From positions 4,582 to 68,581 of the forward strand of contig JBMFWS010000006.1 in assembly GCA_049965035.1 (NCBI GenBank): a stretch of DNA of 64,000 nucleotides. The letters are read 5' to 3'. Position 1 is the stretch's first letter; every line of letters begins with the position of its first letter. Below the pieces are notes generated by a model, which was not told the DNA's origin, did not search any database, and saw only the letters and a program-made list of their open reading frames with translations. Shown here one piece after another: positions 17,340 to 26,301 of the stretch. This DNA comes from Acidimicrobiales bacterium. Its GTDB lineage: Bacteria > Actinomycetota > Acidimicrobiia > Acidimicrobiales > RAAP-2. The translations under genes and the position numbers were made by a program.

Positions 17340-18265
17340 TCACCAGTCGAGCGGCGGATCTCCTCCAGGGTGCGGGCGGTCGTCGAGATGCCAGGGGAGT
17401 CCGGGCGCCTCGATGCGTGCCAGGGCGCTCGCGACGGGGGCGAAGCGCCCGTCGCGAGCGCGCCACGACCGAGCGGCCGCCGCGATCTCGTCGCGCGTGC
17501 GGGCCACGAAGTTCCACACCACATCGAGACGGTCTCGAGGAAGGGCGGTCCGCCCAGGAGGATCGCCCGACTCGGCTCGTGGGGCACGAGGCGCAGCGCG
17601 TCGTGACCCGGCTGCCAGATCGCGATCTGGCCCGGCCCCACAGACACGCCGGGCGCGCTCACGGCGCCCTCCAGGACGATCAGGGCATGCTCGAACGCGG
17701 GGGCCAGCGGCACCAGCGCCGCAGCCCGCAGCGCGAGGTCGAGGCCGAGGAGCGGGGTGTCGTGGCGCGTCGGACTCGAGACGCCGCCGTAGGCTCCGAC
17801 GAGCACGGTGACGTCCAGCGCCGGCTCCTCGAAGCGCGGCAGAGACGCGTGGTGCTCAAAGCTCGCGGGCCCGTGGCGCGTCGCCTCGGGCAGCGCCACC
17901 CACAGTTGGATCCCCTCGAGGCGACCGGCGTAGGAGCCGGTGGCCTCCTCGGCGTGCGCGACGCCCCGTCCCGCGGTCATCAGGTTCAGCTGGCCGGGCC
18001 GGATGATCTGCTCGGTGCCCAAACCGTCACGATGGAGCGCCTCGCCGGCCGTGAGTCAGGTGACCGTCTGCAGGCCGATGTGCGGGTGGAGACCGATGTC
18101 GAGTCCCCGCTGCGCCGTGACGCTGGCTGGTCCGAGGTGGTCGGCGAAGCACCAAGCGCCCACGGTGCGGTGCTGGCGCTGGGGCAAGGCGCGCCGCACG
18201 GAGATCGCGCCGACCGTCGCCTTGTGGGAGGTCAGGACTGCAGGCTCGTCAGCTCGGGAGTCCAT
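17340..18265 (-). pseudogene. Pirin-family gene with an internal stop and a frameshift
   Basis: VRRALP...VGAWCFADH...HPHIGLQTVT then TGA (18056-18058), IRPGQLNLMTAGRGVAHAEE, QLWVALP, and a frame change near 17520 before WNFVART. Confidence 0.88.
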
Positions 18266-18402
18266 CAGGGGTCGCCACCGGCGATGGTAGCCGCCCCCAC
18301 AATGGGAGGCGCCCCGGCGGTGTCTCAGACACCGCCGGGGCCGCGAAGTCCGGACCACGCCACGAAGAAGGGGCCTCGGGTCGTGACGTGGTCCGAAGGT
18401 CT

Positions 18403-18954
18403 CTAGATCACGATGTTCTCGGGGTCGCGCTTCTTGTACTGCACCCAGCCCAGAATCGTCAGGAAGAGCATCAGCGCGGCGCCGATGAACATCGCGATCC
18501 CGGACCACTCGGCAATCTGTCCGAACATCCAGAAGGCGTAGGCGGTCAGCAGGGTGCCGCGCAGGGTCTCACCCTGGAAGAGCGTCTGGGCCTCGCTGGC
18601 CAGGGCCTTGTTCGACGGGTCGGCGAGTGCGGCGGCACTGACCTCCGCGTAGGTCTTGCCTCCGCCGATCTCCTGGAGGTGGACGGCGATGTAGTGGTCC
18701 GCCCAGACCTCGGCCTGACGGCCGTCGAGCAACTGCTGGCCGGCGTAGGGCGTCAGATACGGCTTGATCAGCGGGTTGTCGAGTGACGGGGAGTTCTTGG
18801 CCGGGAAGTAGATCCTCTGAGCGGCGAGCTGGCTGTGGACCTCGGAGTTGGCGAAACTGAAGCCCCACATGAGCAGCGCCCCCGCCGCGATCAGGACGAT
18901 GGTCAGCAGGCCGCCGACCATGGTGAGCAGTTTGTCAAGTGCCTTGCGCCTCAT
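18403..18954 (-). CDS. Conserved actinobacterial membrane protein of unknown function (terminal TM helices, extracytoplasmic loop)
   Basis: MRRKALDKLL...VHSQLAAQRIYFP...YAGQQ...QAEVWADHYIAVHL...TLFQGETLRGTLLTAYAFW; GAGG RBS. Confidence 0.8.
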   Translation of the reverse strand: MRRKALDKLLTMVGGLLTIVLIAAGALLMWGFSFANSEVHSQLAAQRIYFPAKNSPSLDNPLIKPYLTPYAGQQLLDGRQAEVWADHYIAVHLQEIGGGKTYAEVSAAALADPSNKALASEAQTLFQGETLRGTLLTAYAFWMFGQIAEWSGIAMFIGAALMLFLTILGWVQYKKRDPENIVI

Positions 18955-19012
18955 TGCAACCTCTTTGTTTGGGGAGACGCTTCCATTGTGGCGGCGAGAT
19001 CGCCAGATGCCG

Positions 19013-19030
19013 TAGGGCAATAAGTCACTA
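19013..19030. promoter_or_regulatory. DosR/DevR-like 18-bp palindrome
   Basis: TAGGGCAATAAGTCACTA, about 60 bp upstream of the 18403-18954 gene. Confidence 0.45.
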
Positions 19031-19107
19031 GAGATGGAAGCAATACAGAAACGAGGTTCAACCTATATCTAGACAAGCACTGGGAGAACCAGAGAACAAT
19101 ATTACGG

Positions 19108-19857
19108 TTACCATGTACGGATATCCCCGAAATCGGCCAGTTCACCGAGGTCATGCCGCTGCGGGTCGTCGGGCAGGCGCAGTCCGATGCGCCGCAGGTA
19201 GCCCAGGCCCATGACGGCGGCCTCGCAGCCCACGTCGGCCAGGCGCGCGACGTCGCGATCGTCGCGCACGCCCCCCGCGGCGACGACGGCGAGTCCACTG
19301 GCGCACGCCTCCTCGTACAAGAGGAGGTCCGGCCCCGACATCGTGCCGTCGCGCTCGATCGCGGTGACGTGGACGCGGCGCGCGCCCGCCTCGACGCAGC
19401 GGTGGAGGGCCTCGGCGAAGGTGACGTGCTCGGTGGCTGTCCATCCCCGCACGGCGATGCGGCCCTCGCGCACGTCGAGGGCGACGACGAGGCGGTCGCC
19501 GAGCGACCCCACCAGCTCGCCCAGGCTGGTCGGGCGGTCCCACGCGGCGGAGCCCATGATCACGCGCGCGGCGCCCTGGTCCAGGGCGCCCTGGGCGGCC
19601 GCCAGGCTGCGCAGTCCGCCCGAGACCTGGAGCGGCGTGCTGCCCGCGAGGGCCACGCAGTGGGCCAAGAGTGCCGGATCGCTGCGCCCACGGCGCGCGC
19701 CGTCCAGATCGACGACGTGGATGAGGGCGGGTCCGGTGGCGACCACGCGGGAAAAGAAGTCCGCCAGGTCGTGGCGGAAGGTGACGGCGTCGTAGTCGCC
19801 GCGCTCGAGTCGCACGGCCTGTCCGTCGAGGACGTCGACTGCAGGGATGAGTTGCAT
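19108..19857 (-). CDS. hisA: ProFAR isomerase HisA
   Basis: MQLIPAVDVLDGQAVRL..GDY, IHVVDLDGA, QVSGGLRS, TAIERDGTMSGPD, AAGGVR. Confidence 0.92.
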   Translation of the reverse strand: MQLIPAVDVLDGQAVRLERGDYDAVTFRHDLADFFSRVVATGPALIHVVDLDGARRGRSDPALLAHCVALAGSTPLQVSGGLRSLAAAQGALDQGAARVIMGSAAWDRPTSLGELVGSLGDRLVVALDVREGRIAVRGWTATEHVTFAEALHRCVEAGARRVHVTAIERDGTMSGPDLLLYEEACASGLAVVAAGGVRDDRDVARLADVGCEAAVMGLGYLRRIGLRLPDDPQRHDLGELADFGDIRTW

Positions 19858-19866
19858 ACCAGTGTT

Positions 19867-19886
19867 GTAGTAGAGTAGCATACTAC
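19867..19886. promoter_or_regulatory. Inverted repeat GTAGTA-N8-TACTAC; candidate operator for the YerC/TrpR-like protein
   Basis: Occupies most of the 30-bp gap between divergent hisA and the regulator and overlaps TAGCAT (19876-19881). Confidence 0.5.
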
Positions 19887-19887
19887 C

Positions 19888-20202
19888 ATGACAAGTGGCC
19901 GGGTAGTTCCAGCGGAGTCCCACGAGGACACCGTTCATCGATTTGCGGACCTGGTCGCGGCGTTCGTGGCGCTGCGCGGTCCCGACGAGGTCGCCGCGTT
20001 CCTGCGGGATCTGTGCACCACCAACGAGCTCGACGCCCTGGGCCAGCGCTGGCACGTGGCCCGCCTGGTCGACCAGGGGCTGCCCTACCACGAGGTGTCG
20101 CGCCGCACCGGTGCCTCGACGGCCACGGTCACCCGGGTGGCGCACTGGCTGCACTACGGCGAGGGTGGCTACCGCGCCCTGCTCGAGCGGACTGCGCGAT
20201 GA
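19888..20202 (+). CDS. YerC/YecD-family TrpR-related regulator (HisR-like)
   Basis: AFLRDLCTTNELDALGQRWHVARL...YHEVSRRTGASTATVTRVAHWLHYGEGGY. Confidence 0.9.
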   Translation: MTSGRVVPAESHEDTVHRFADLVAAFVALRGPDEVAAFLRDLCTTNELDALGQRWHVARLVDQGLPYHEVSRRTGASTATVTRVAHWLHYGEGGYRALLERTAR

Positions 20203-21056
20203 GCCGTCGCCTGAGCCTGGCCCTGCCCTCCAAGGGTCGCCTGCGGCAACCGGCCTGGTCGCTGCTCGAGGCCAGCGGGGTGGACCCCCAGGAGCCCGGC
20301 GAGCGCATGCTGCAGTCCCACTGCCGCAATGCGGACATCGACCTGCTCTTCGTGCGCGCCGACGACGTGCCCGAGTACGTGCAAGACGGCGTGGTGGACT
20401 GCGGCATCACCGGACTGGACCTGCTGGCCGAGCGGCGCTGCGACGTGGTCGAGCTGCTGCGCCTGGGCTTCGGGAAGTGCTCGCTGCAGGCGGCCGTCCC
20501 CCTGGAGGACACGGCGATGCGCCTGGAGGACCTGGCTGGGCGTCGCGTGGCGACATCGCACCCTCGCGTGACGGGGGAGGTCCTGGGCGCCCTGGGCATC
20601 GACGTCGAGGTGGTCCGCGTGACCGGCGCGGCCGAGATCGCGCCGCGCCTGGGGCTGGCCGAGGCGATCGTCGACCTGGTCTCGACGGGCAGCACGCTGC
20701 GCACCAACGGCCTGCGCGCCATCGGGACGCTCTTCGAGTCCGAGGCGGTCCTGATCGGTCGCACCGGGTCCGACGACATCGAGGCCCAGCACACCTTGAC
20801 GACCGTGCTCGGCAGCGTGACCAACGCGCGGGCCAGCCGCTACCTCTTGTGCAACGTCCGGCGCGCCGACTTAGAGGCGGTGACCAAGCTGCTGCCCACG
20901 TCGGGATCCCCTACCGTGATGGAGCTGGCCACCCCGGGCGTCGTGGCGGTCCACGCCCTCGTGCCAGCGGTTGACATCTGGTCCCTGCTGCCGCGCCTCA
21001 AGGCCCACGGGGCCAGCTCGATCCTCACCCTGCCCGTCGAACGGATGCTGCCATGA
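20199..21056 (+). CDS. hisG: ATP phosphoribosyltransferase (long form)
   Basis: LALPSKGRL, VRADDVPEYV, GAAEIAPRLGLAEAIVDLVSTGSTLRTNGL, plus the C-terminal regulatory domain. Confidence 0.95.
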   Translation: MSRRLSLALPSKGRLRQPAWSLLEASGVDPQEPGERMLQSHCRNADIDLLFVRADDVPEYVQDGVVDCGITGLDLLAERRCDVVELLRLGFGKCSLQAAVPLEDTAMRLEDLAGRRVATSHPRVTGEVLGALGIDVEVVRVTGAAEIAPRLGLAEAIVDLVSTGSTLRTNGLRAIGTLFESEAVLIGRTGSDDIEAQHTLTTVLGSVTNARASRYLLCNVRRADLEAVTKLLPTSGSPTVMELATPGVVAVHALVPAVDIWSLLPRLKAHGASSILTLPVERMLP

Positions 21057-22111
21057 GCCGACCACCCACCAGTCCGCAGTCCTTCAGCGTCGAGAAGATC
21101 GTCGAGGACGTGCGCCAGCGCGGCGACGAGGCCGTCGCCTACTGGTCTCGCGTGCTGGACCACACGACGTCGGCGGTGCCCGAGCGGGCCACGCCCTACG
21201 GCGACGTGCCCACCGCGGCCATCCTCGCGGCCGCGGACGCGGTCGCGCGCTGGCACCGGGCTCAGCGACCGGCCGACGTCGAGCTCGAGGTCTCGCCCGG
21301 GGTGATCCTCGAGCGCCGCTGGGCACCCCTGCGACGCGTCGGCATCTACGTGCCGAGCGGCCTGGTCTCGTCGCTGATCATGACCGCCGTGCCGGCGCGC
21401 GAGGCCGGTGTCGAGGAGATCGTCATCTGCACGCCGCCGCGCGGGGCCGCCGCCGTGGCCGCCGCCGCCGCCCTGCTCGGCTTCGCGGACGTCTGGGCGG
21501 TGGGCGGTGCTCACGCGATCGCCGCGATGGCGTTCGGCACGGACTCGATCCCGGCGGTCGACAAGATCGTCGGCCCCGGCGGCGGTGCGGTCAATGCCGC
21601 CAAGCTGCTCGTGAGCCGGGAGGTCGCCATCGACCTGCCGGCGGGGCCGAGCGAGGTCGTGGTCGTGGCCGATCGCGGGTTCGACGAGCGCATCGTGCGC
21701 CAGGAGCTCGACGCGCAGATGGAGCACGGGCCCGACTCGCGCGCCCACGTCATCTGGGTCGACGACGACGTCGACGCGGCGCTGGCCGAGCTCGAGACGT
21801 GGGCGCCCGAGCACGTCGCCCTGCTCGGCGAGCGCGCCGAGTCGCTGGCTCCGCGCATCCGCTGCGCGGGGGCGGTGTTCGTCGGGCCCTTCGCCCCGGT
21901 CCCCGCGGGCGACTACGCCACCGGAGGCAACCACGTCCTGCCGACGGGTCGCTGGGCCCGAGCCACCGGGGGGCTCGGGCTGGAGAGCTTCCTCAAGCCC
22001 GTGACCATTCAGCGGGTCTCGAAGGACGGACTGGCGCGCCTGGCACCCACGATCGAGGCGCTGGCCGATCTCGAGGGCATGCCCGCCCACAAGGCGACGG
22101 CCCGCCGATGA
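21053..22111 (+). CDS. hisD: Histidinol dehydrogenase (short, 352 aa)
   Basis: VGIYVP, VDKIVGPG, IDLPAGPSEV, AQMEHG, APEH, GDYATGGNHVLPT, EGMPAH. Confidence 0.93.
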   Translation: MSRPPTSPQSFSVEKIVEDVRQRGDEAVAYWSRVLDHTTSAVPERATPYGDVPTAAILAAADAVARWHRAQRPADVELEVSPGVILERRWAPLRRVGIYVPSGLVSSLIMTAVPAREAGVEEIVICTPPRGAAAVAAAAALLGFADVWAVGGAHAIAAMAFGTDSIPAVDKIVGPGGGAVNAAKLLVSREVAIDLPAGPSEVVVVADRGFDERIVRQELDAQMEHGPDSRAHVIWVDDDVDAALAELETWAPEHVALLGERAESLAPRIRCAGAVFVGPFAPVPAGDYATGGNHVLPTGRWARATGGLGLESFLKPVTIQRVSKDGLARLAPTIEALADLEGMPAHKATARR

Positions 22112-23628
22112 GCACGCCGCGCGCCCTGTCGGCCTACCAGTGGCCGCCGTCCAACGAGCGCCTGGCCGCCCGGGTGGGGCTCGACCCGCGCGCCATCATC
22201 CGCTTCGACGGCAACGTGCCCGCGGCGCCCGCGTCCGCCGCGCGCCCCTCCACGGTCGCCGCGGCCCTCGCCGAGATCAACGAGTACGACCGCGGTCGCT
22301 ACGAGCCCCTGCGCGCCGCGATCGCGCGCCGCCACGGCGTCGCCCTCGAGTCCGTGGCACTGGGGGCGGGCAGCGACGAGTTCATCGTCCTGCTGGCCCG
22401 GCTCTTCGCCACCGGTGGCACCGTCGCCACGGTGCCTGCACACTCCTACTCGATGTACCGCTTCGCCACCGCCATGGCCGGAGCCCAGGTGGTCGAGGAC
22501 CCCGCGACCGCCGACCTGGTGTTCGTGTGCCGGCCCAACAACCCGACCGGCGAGCTCCCCGACGTTCCCGACGTGCCGGGACAGCTCGTGATCGACGAGG
22601 CCTACGCCGACTACGCCGGCGTGGACGCCCTGGACCGCATCGCCTCGGGTGCGATCCTCCTGCGCACCTTCTCCAAGGCCTACGGCCTGGCCGGGGCCCG
22701 CGTGGGCTACGCGCTGGCCCGCCCGGACACGGTCGAGGTGATCACGTCGCACCAGGCCCCCCTGTCGGTCTCGTCGGTGTCGGCTGCCCTGGCCCTGGCC
22801 GCCCTGGCCACGCCGCTCGACGTGAGCGCGCAGGTGGCCGAGCGCGAGCGCCTGGCCACCGAGCTGCGAGGCCTCGGCCTAACGCCGCTGCCCTCCCACA
22901 CCAACTTCCTGTTCATCCCGATGGAGGATCCTCAGCAGCTCGTCGACGCCCTGCTGCCGGCCGGGGTCGTCCTGCGCGCGTTCGCCGGGGGACTGCGCAT
23001 CAGCGTGCGTGACGCCCTCGACGACGACGTCCTGCTCGAGGCCCTCCGGGCCTGGCGCAGCGGCGCCGACGCGGTCTCCCCCTGGACCCGGCGCCGCCGG
23101 GCGACGGCCGAGACGCGCTTCCTCGTCCGCCTGCGGGTGCGCGGCGAGGGGCGCGTCCTGGTCCAGTCGGGTGAGGGCTTCTACGACCACATGCTCCAGC
23201 AGCTGGCCTTCCACGCGGGATGGGACCTGCGCGTCGACGGGGTCGGCGACCTGGAGACGGGGGACCACCACACGGTCGAGGACATGATGCGCACCGTCGG
23301 GGCCACCTTGGACGACGCCCTGGGCGATCGCCGCGGGTTGGCCCGCTACGGGGAGGCGCGGGTGCCCATGGATGAGGCCCTGGCCCACGCGGTCGTCGAC
23401 CTGTCGGGCCGGCCCGTGGCCCAGCTGGCGATCGACCCCGATCCCGGCATGGCCGCCCACGCCCTGGAGTCCTTCGTCCAGACCGCGCGGCTGACCCTGC
23501 ACGTCACCGCCACGGGAGCCAACGCCCATCACGTGGCCGAGGCCAGCTTCAAGGCCGTCGGCCGAGCCCTGGCCGGGGCGCTGCGCCAGGTCGGCACCCA
23601 GGTCGCGTCGACCAAGGGATCTCTGTGA
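22108..23628 (+). CDS. Fused histidinol-phosphate aminotransferase (HisC) and imidazoleglycerol-phosphate dehydratase (HisB)
   Basis: PNNPTG, IDEAYADY and LRTFSKAYGLAGARVGY run in frame into FYDHML, DHHTVED, VPMDEAL, DLSGRP, NAHHVAEASFKA and STKGSL. Confidence 0.92.
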   Translation: MSTPRALSAYQWPPSNERLAARVGLDPRAIIRFDGNVPAAPASAARPSTVAAALAEINEYDRGRYEPLRAAIARRHGVALESVALGAGSDEFIVLLARLFATGGTVATVPAHSYSMYRFATAMAGAQVVEDPATADLVFVCRPNNPTGELPDVPDVPGQLVIDEAYADYAGVDALDRIASGAILLRTFSKAYGLAGARVGYALARPDTVEVITSHQAPLSVSSVSAALALAALATPLDVSAQVAERERLATELRGLGLTPLPSHTNFLFIPMEDPQQLVDALLPAGVVLRAFAGGLRISVRDALDDDVLLEALRAWRSGADAVSPWTRRRRATAETRFLVRLRVRGEGRVLVQSGEGFYDHMLQQLAFHAGWDLRVDGVGDLETGDHHTVEDMMRTVGATLDDALGDRRGLARYGEARVPMDEALAHAVVDLSGRPVAQLAIDPDPGMAAHALESFVQTARLTLHVTATGANAHHVAEASFKAVGRALAGALRQVGTQVASTKGSL

Positions 23629-24182
23629 GCGATCCGGTGATCATCGTCGACTACGGCGCCGGCAACACGCGCTCGGTCCGCGCCTCCCTGGCGCGCCTCG
23701 GCCGGGCGAGCGAGGTGTCAGCCTCGCCCGCCGTGATCGCCCGAGCCAGCCACGTCATCCTCCCGGGGGTGGGCTCGGCGGCCAGCGCGATGGCGCACCT
23801 GTTGGCCACGGGCGCCGCCGAGGCGCTGCGCGAGCGGGTCGCCACGTACCGACCGGTGCTCGGGATCTGCCTCGGCCTGCAGCTGGCCCTCGAGGACAGC
23901 GAGGAGGACGGTGGCGTGGCGGGGCTGGCCCTGGTCCCGGGTCACGTGGAGCGCCTGCGCGAGGGCCGCGTGCCGCGTCTGGGCTGGGCAACCGTGCAGC
24001 CCGGTGACGAGACCTTCTACTTCGCCCACTCCTACGGTGCCCGTACGCCGGCGGCGGTGGCGTTCGCCGACGGCGTGGCGGCCATCGTCGAGTACGGCTC
24101 CTTCGTCGGCGTGCAGTTCCACCCCGAAAAGAGCGGCCCGGTGGGTCAGCGCTACCTGGACAGATGCCTTACGCCCGCCTGA
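23625..24182 (+). CDS. hisH: IGP synthase glutaminase subunit
   Basis: VDYGAGN, ILPGVG, LGICLGLQ, FYFAHSY, VQFHPEKSG. Confidence 0.95.
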   Translation: MSDPVIIVDYGAGNTRSVRASLARLGRASEVSASPAVIARASHVILPGVGSAASAMAHLLATGAAEALRERVATYRPVLGICLGLQLALEDSEEDGGVAGLALVPGHVERLREGRVPRLGWATVQPGDETFYFAHSYGARTPAAVAFADGVAAIVEYGSFVGVQFHPEKSGPVGQRYLDRCLTPA

Positions 24183-24916
24183 TCCCGTGCCTCGACGTCG
24201 CCGACGGACGCGTCGTCAAGGGCGTCAACTTCGTCGGCCTGCGCGACGTCGGTGACCCGGTGGAGCTGGCGGCGGCCTACAGCGCCGGTGGTGCCGACGA
24301 GCTCGTCTTCTTGGACATCGGGGCAACGCCCGAGGAGCGCGCCACGCTGCTCGACGTCGTCGCGCGGGTCGCCGACGTCTTGGATATCGCCTTCACCGTC
24401 GGGGGAGGGGTGCGCACCCTCGAGGACGCCGCGCGCATCATCGAGGCCGGCGCCGATCGCGTCTCCCTGAACTCGGCGGCCGTCGCCGATCCGCGCCTGC
24501 TCACCGCCGTGGCCGACCGCTACGGGTCGCAGGCGGTTGTCGCGGCCATCGACAGCCGGGGCGGCCGTGTGTTCACGGGAGGCGGACGCACCCCGAGCGA
24601 GCGCACGACCATCGCGTGGGCCCGCGAGGCCGTCGAGCGCGGGGCCGGGGAGGTGCTGGTGACCTCCATCGACCACGATGGCCGGCGCGAGGGCTACGAC
24701 CTGGAGCTCACCGCGCAGGTCCGCGACGTGGTCGGCGTGCCGGTGATCGCGTCCGGGGGGGCGGGCTCGGCCCAGCACGTGGCCGACGCGCTGGCGGTCG
24801 CCGACGCGGCGCTGGTGGCCTCGATCGTGCACGAGGATCCCGGCGGGCTGCCGGCGCTGCGCCGCGCCGTCGTGGCCGCCGGTGGAGCACTGCGACCATG
24901 GGAGGCAAGGACGTGA
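24164..24916 (+). CDS. hisF: IGP synthase cyclase subunit
   Basis: RLIPCLDV..GRVVKGVNF, GADELVFLDI, TSIDHDG, VIASGGAG. Confidence 0.95.
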   Translation: MPYARLIPCLDVADGRVVKGVNFVGLRDVGDPVELAAAYSAGGADELVFLDIGATPEERATLLDVVARVADVLDIAFTVGGGVRTLEDAARIIEAGADRVSLNSAAVADPRLLTAVADRYGSQAVVAAIDSRGGRVFTGGGRTPSERTTIAWAREAVERGAGEVLVTSIDHDGRREGYDLELTAQVRDVVGVPVIASGGAGSAQHVADALAVADAALVASIVHEDPGGLPALRRAVVAAGGALRPWEART

Positions 24917-25455
24917 GCGAGTTGCGAGCAGCGGTGGTCCAAGACGACGCGACCGGCCGGGTGCTGATGCTGGGCTGGATGGACGACGAGGCGCTCGAGG
25001 CGACGCGCGCGACGGGCATGGTGCACTTCTTCTCGCGGTCGCGACAGCGCCTGTGGCGCAAGGGCGAGACGTCGGGTCACGGCCTGCACGTCCACGAGAT
25101 CGTGCCCGACTGCGATGACGACGCCCTGCTGGTGCGCGTGCACGCCGACGGGCCGACGTGCCACGACGGCTCGACTTCGTGCTTCACGCCGTGGCTCTGG
25201 CGCGCGATCCTGCGTCGCCAGGCCGAAGGCGCCGCAGACTCCTACGTGGCCAGCGCCCTCGAGCGCGGTCCGGCGTTCGCGGCGCGCAAGGTGGGCGAGG
25301 AGGCCGTGGAGGTCGCGGTCGCCGCGTTGGCCGAGGAGGACGAGCGCGTGGTGAGCGAGGCCGCCGACCTGTGGTTCCACCTGCTCTTGCTGCTGCGCAG
25401 CCGGGGTCTGGATCCCGCCGCCGTCGAGGACGAGCTGCGCCGGCGGCGCCGGTGA
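24913..25455 (+). CDS. hisIE: Bifunctional phosphoribosyl-AMP cyclohydrolase / phosphoribosyl-ATP diphosphatase
   Basis: FFSRSRQRLWRKGETSG, DCDDDALL, GPTCHDGSTSCF, KVGEEAVE, EAADLWFH. Confidence 0.93.
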   Translation: MSELRAAVVQDDATGRVLMLGWMDDEALEATRATGMVHFFSRSRQRLWRKGETSGHGLHVHEIVPDCDDDALLVRVHADGPTCHDGSTSCFTPWLWRAILRRQAEGAADSYVASALERGPAFAARKVGEEAVEVAVAALAEEDERVVSEAADLWFHLLLLLRSRGLDPAAVEDELRRRRR

Positions 25456-25542
25456 GGTCGCCAGGTCGAACCCGGTAGGATGCGACAGCGGCGAGGCGCG
25501 GCGGCACGGGCCGTCGGTAGCGTGCCGTAGACGAGGTCGGTC

Positions 25543-26301
25543 GTGGTCGCAGTGACGGTGAGCTCCAGTGCCCTGGTGCTGGCCGGTGCGGTCTTCCTGG
25601 CCGCCGCCGTCGAGATGGTCGAGGCGCTCACCATCGTGGTCGCCGTCGGGCACACGCGTGGCTGGCGCTCGGCTCTGGAGGGATCCGCGGCGGCCCTCGG
25701 GGTCCTCACCGTCCTGGTCGCGGCGCTGGGCCCGGCCCTGGTGCGCGTTCCCCTCGACGCCCTGCGTCTGGTCGTGGGAGGGGTCCTGCTGATCTTCGGC
25801 CTGCAGTGGCTGCGCAAGGCGGTCCTGCGGTCCAGCGGCTGGCGCGCCCTCCACGACGAGGACGCCATCTACCAGGCGAAGGTGCGCGAGCTCGAGGGTC
25901 TGGGCGCGTCCCCGGGGCGCGACCACGCCGCCTTCGTCATGGCCTTCAAGGGCGTCTTCCTCGAGGGTCTCGAGGTCGTCATCGCCGTGCTGACCCTGGG
26001 CACGTCGGCGCACCGACTGGGCCTGGCGGTCGTCTCGGCCCTGGTTGCGGTGGTCCTCGTGGGCGCGGTGGGGGCCGGCGTGTCCCGCCAGCTCAGTGCC
26101 GTCCCCGAGAACGCGATGAAGACGGTCGTCGGCATCCTCCTGACCAGCTTCGGCACGTTCTGGACCGGCGAGGGTCTGCGGATCCACTGGCCCGGCAGCG
26201 ACACCATGCTGCTCGGCTTCGTCGCGATCTACGCCGTGGTCGTCTGGGCGCTGGCCACGAGCCTGCGCGGCCGGCGCCGCGGTCACGAGGTCGCCGCATG
26301 A
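25543..26301 (+). CDS. COG4280-like membrane protein with two ExxE repeats (putative metal transporter)
   Basis: AVEMVEALTIV and VFLEGLEVVIAV; FGLQWLRKAVLR; VPENAMK..VG.LLTSFGTFW.GEG. Confidence 0.75.
   Translation: MVAVTVSSSALVLAGAVFLAAAVEMVEALTIVVAVGHTRGWRSALEGSAAALGVLTVLVAALGPALVRVPLDALRLVVGGVLLIFGLQWLRKAVLRSSGWRALHDEDAIYQAKVRELEGLGASPGRDHAAFVMAFKGVFLEGLEVVIAVLTLGTSAHRLGLAVVSALVAVVLVGAVGAGVSRQLSAVPENAMKTVVGILLTSFGTFWTGEGLRIHWPGSDTMLLGFVAIYAVVVWALATSLRGRRRGHEVAA

Noticed and set aside
18056-18058. In-frame TGA in pirin as selenocysteine or a recoded Trp
   Set aside because: It replaces the Trp expected after GLQTVT, the gene also has a frameshift, and TGA is the normal stop throughout the window.
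25456-25542. Riboswitch upstream of the COG4280-like gene
   Set aside because: Only a short GGCACG/CGTGCC stem; no match to a riboswitch consensus I recognise. An Rfam search would be needed.
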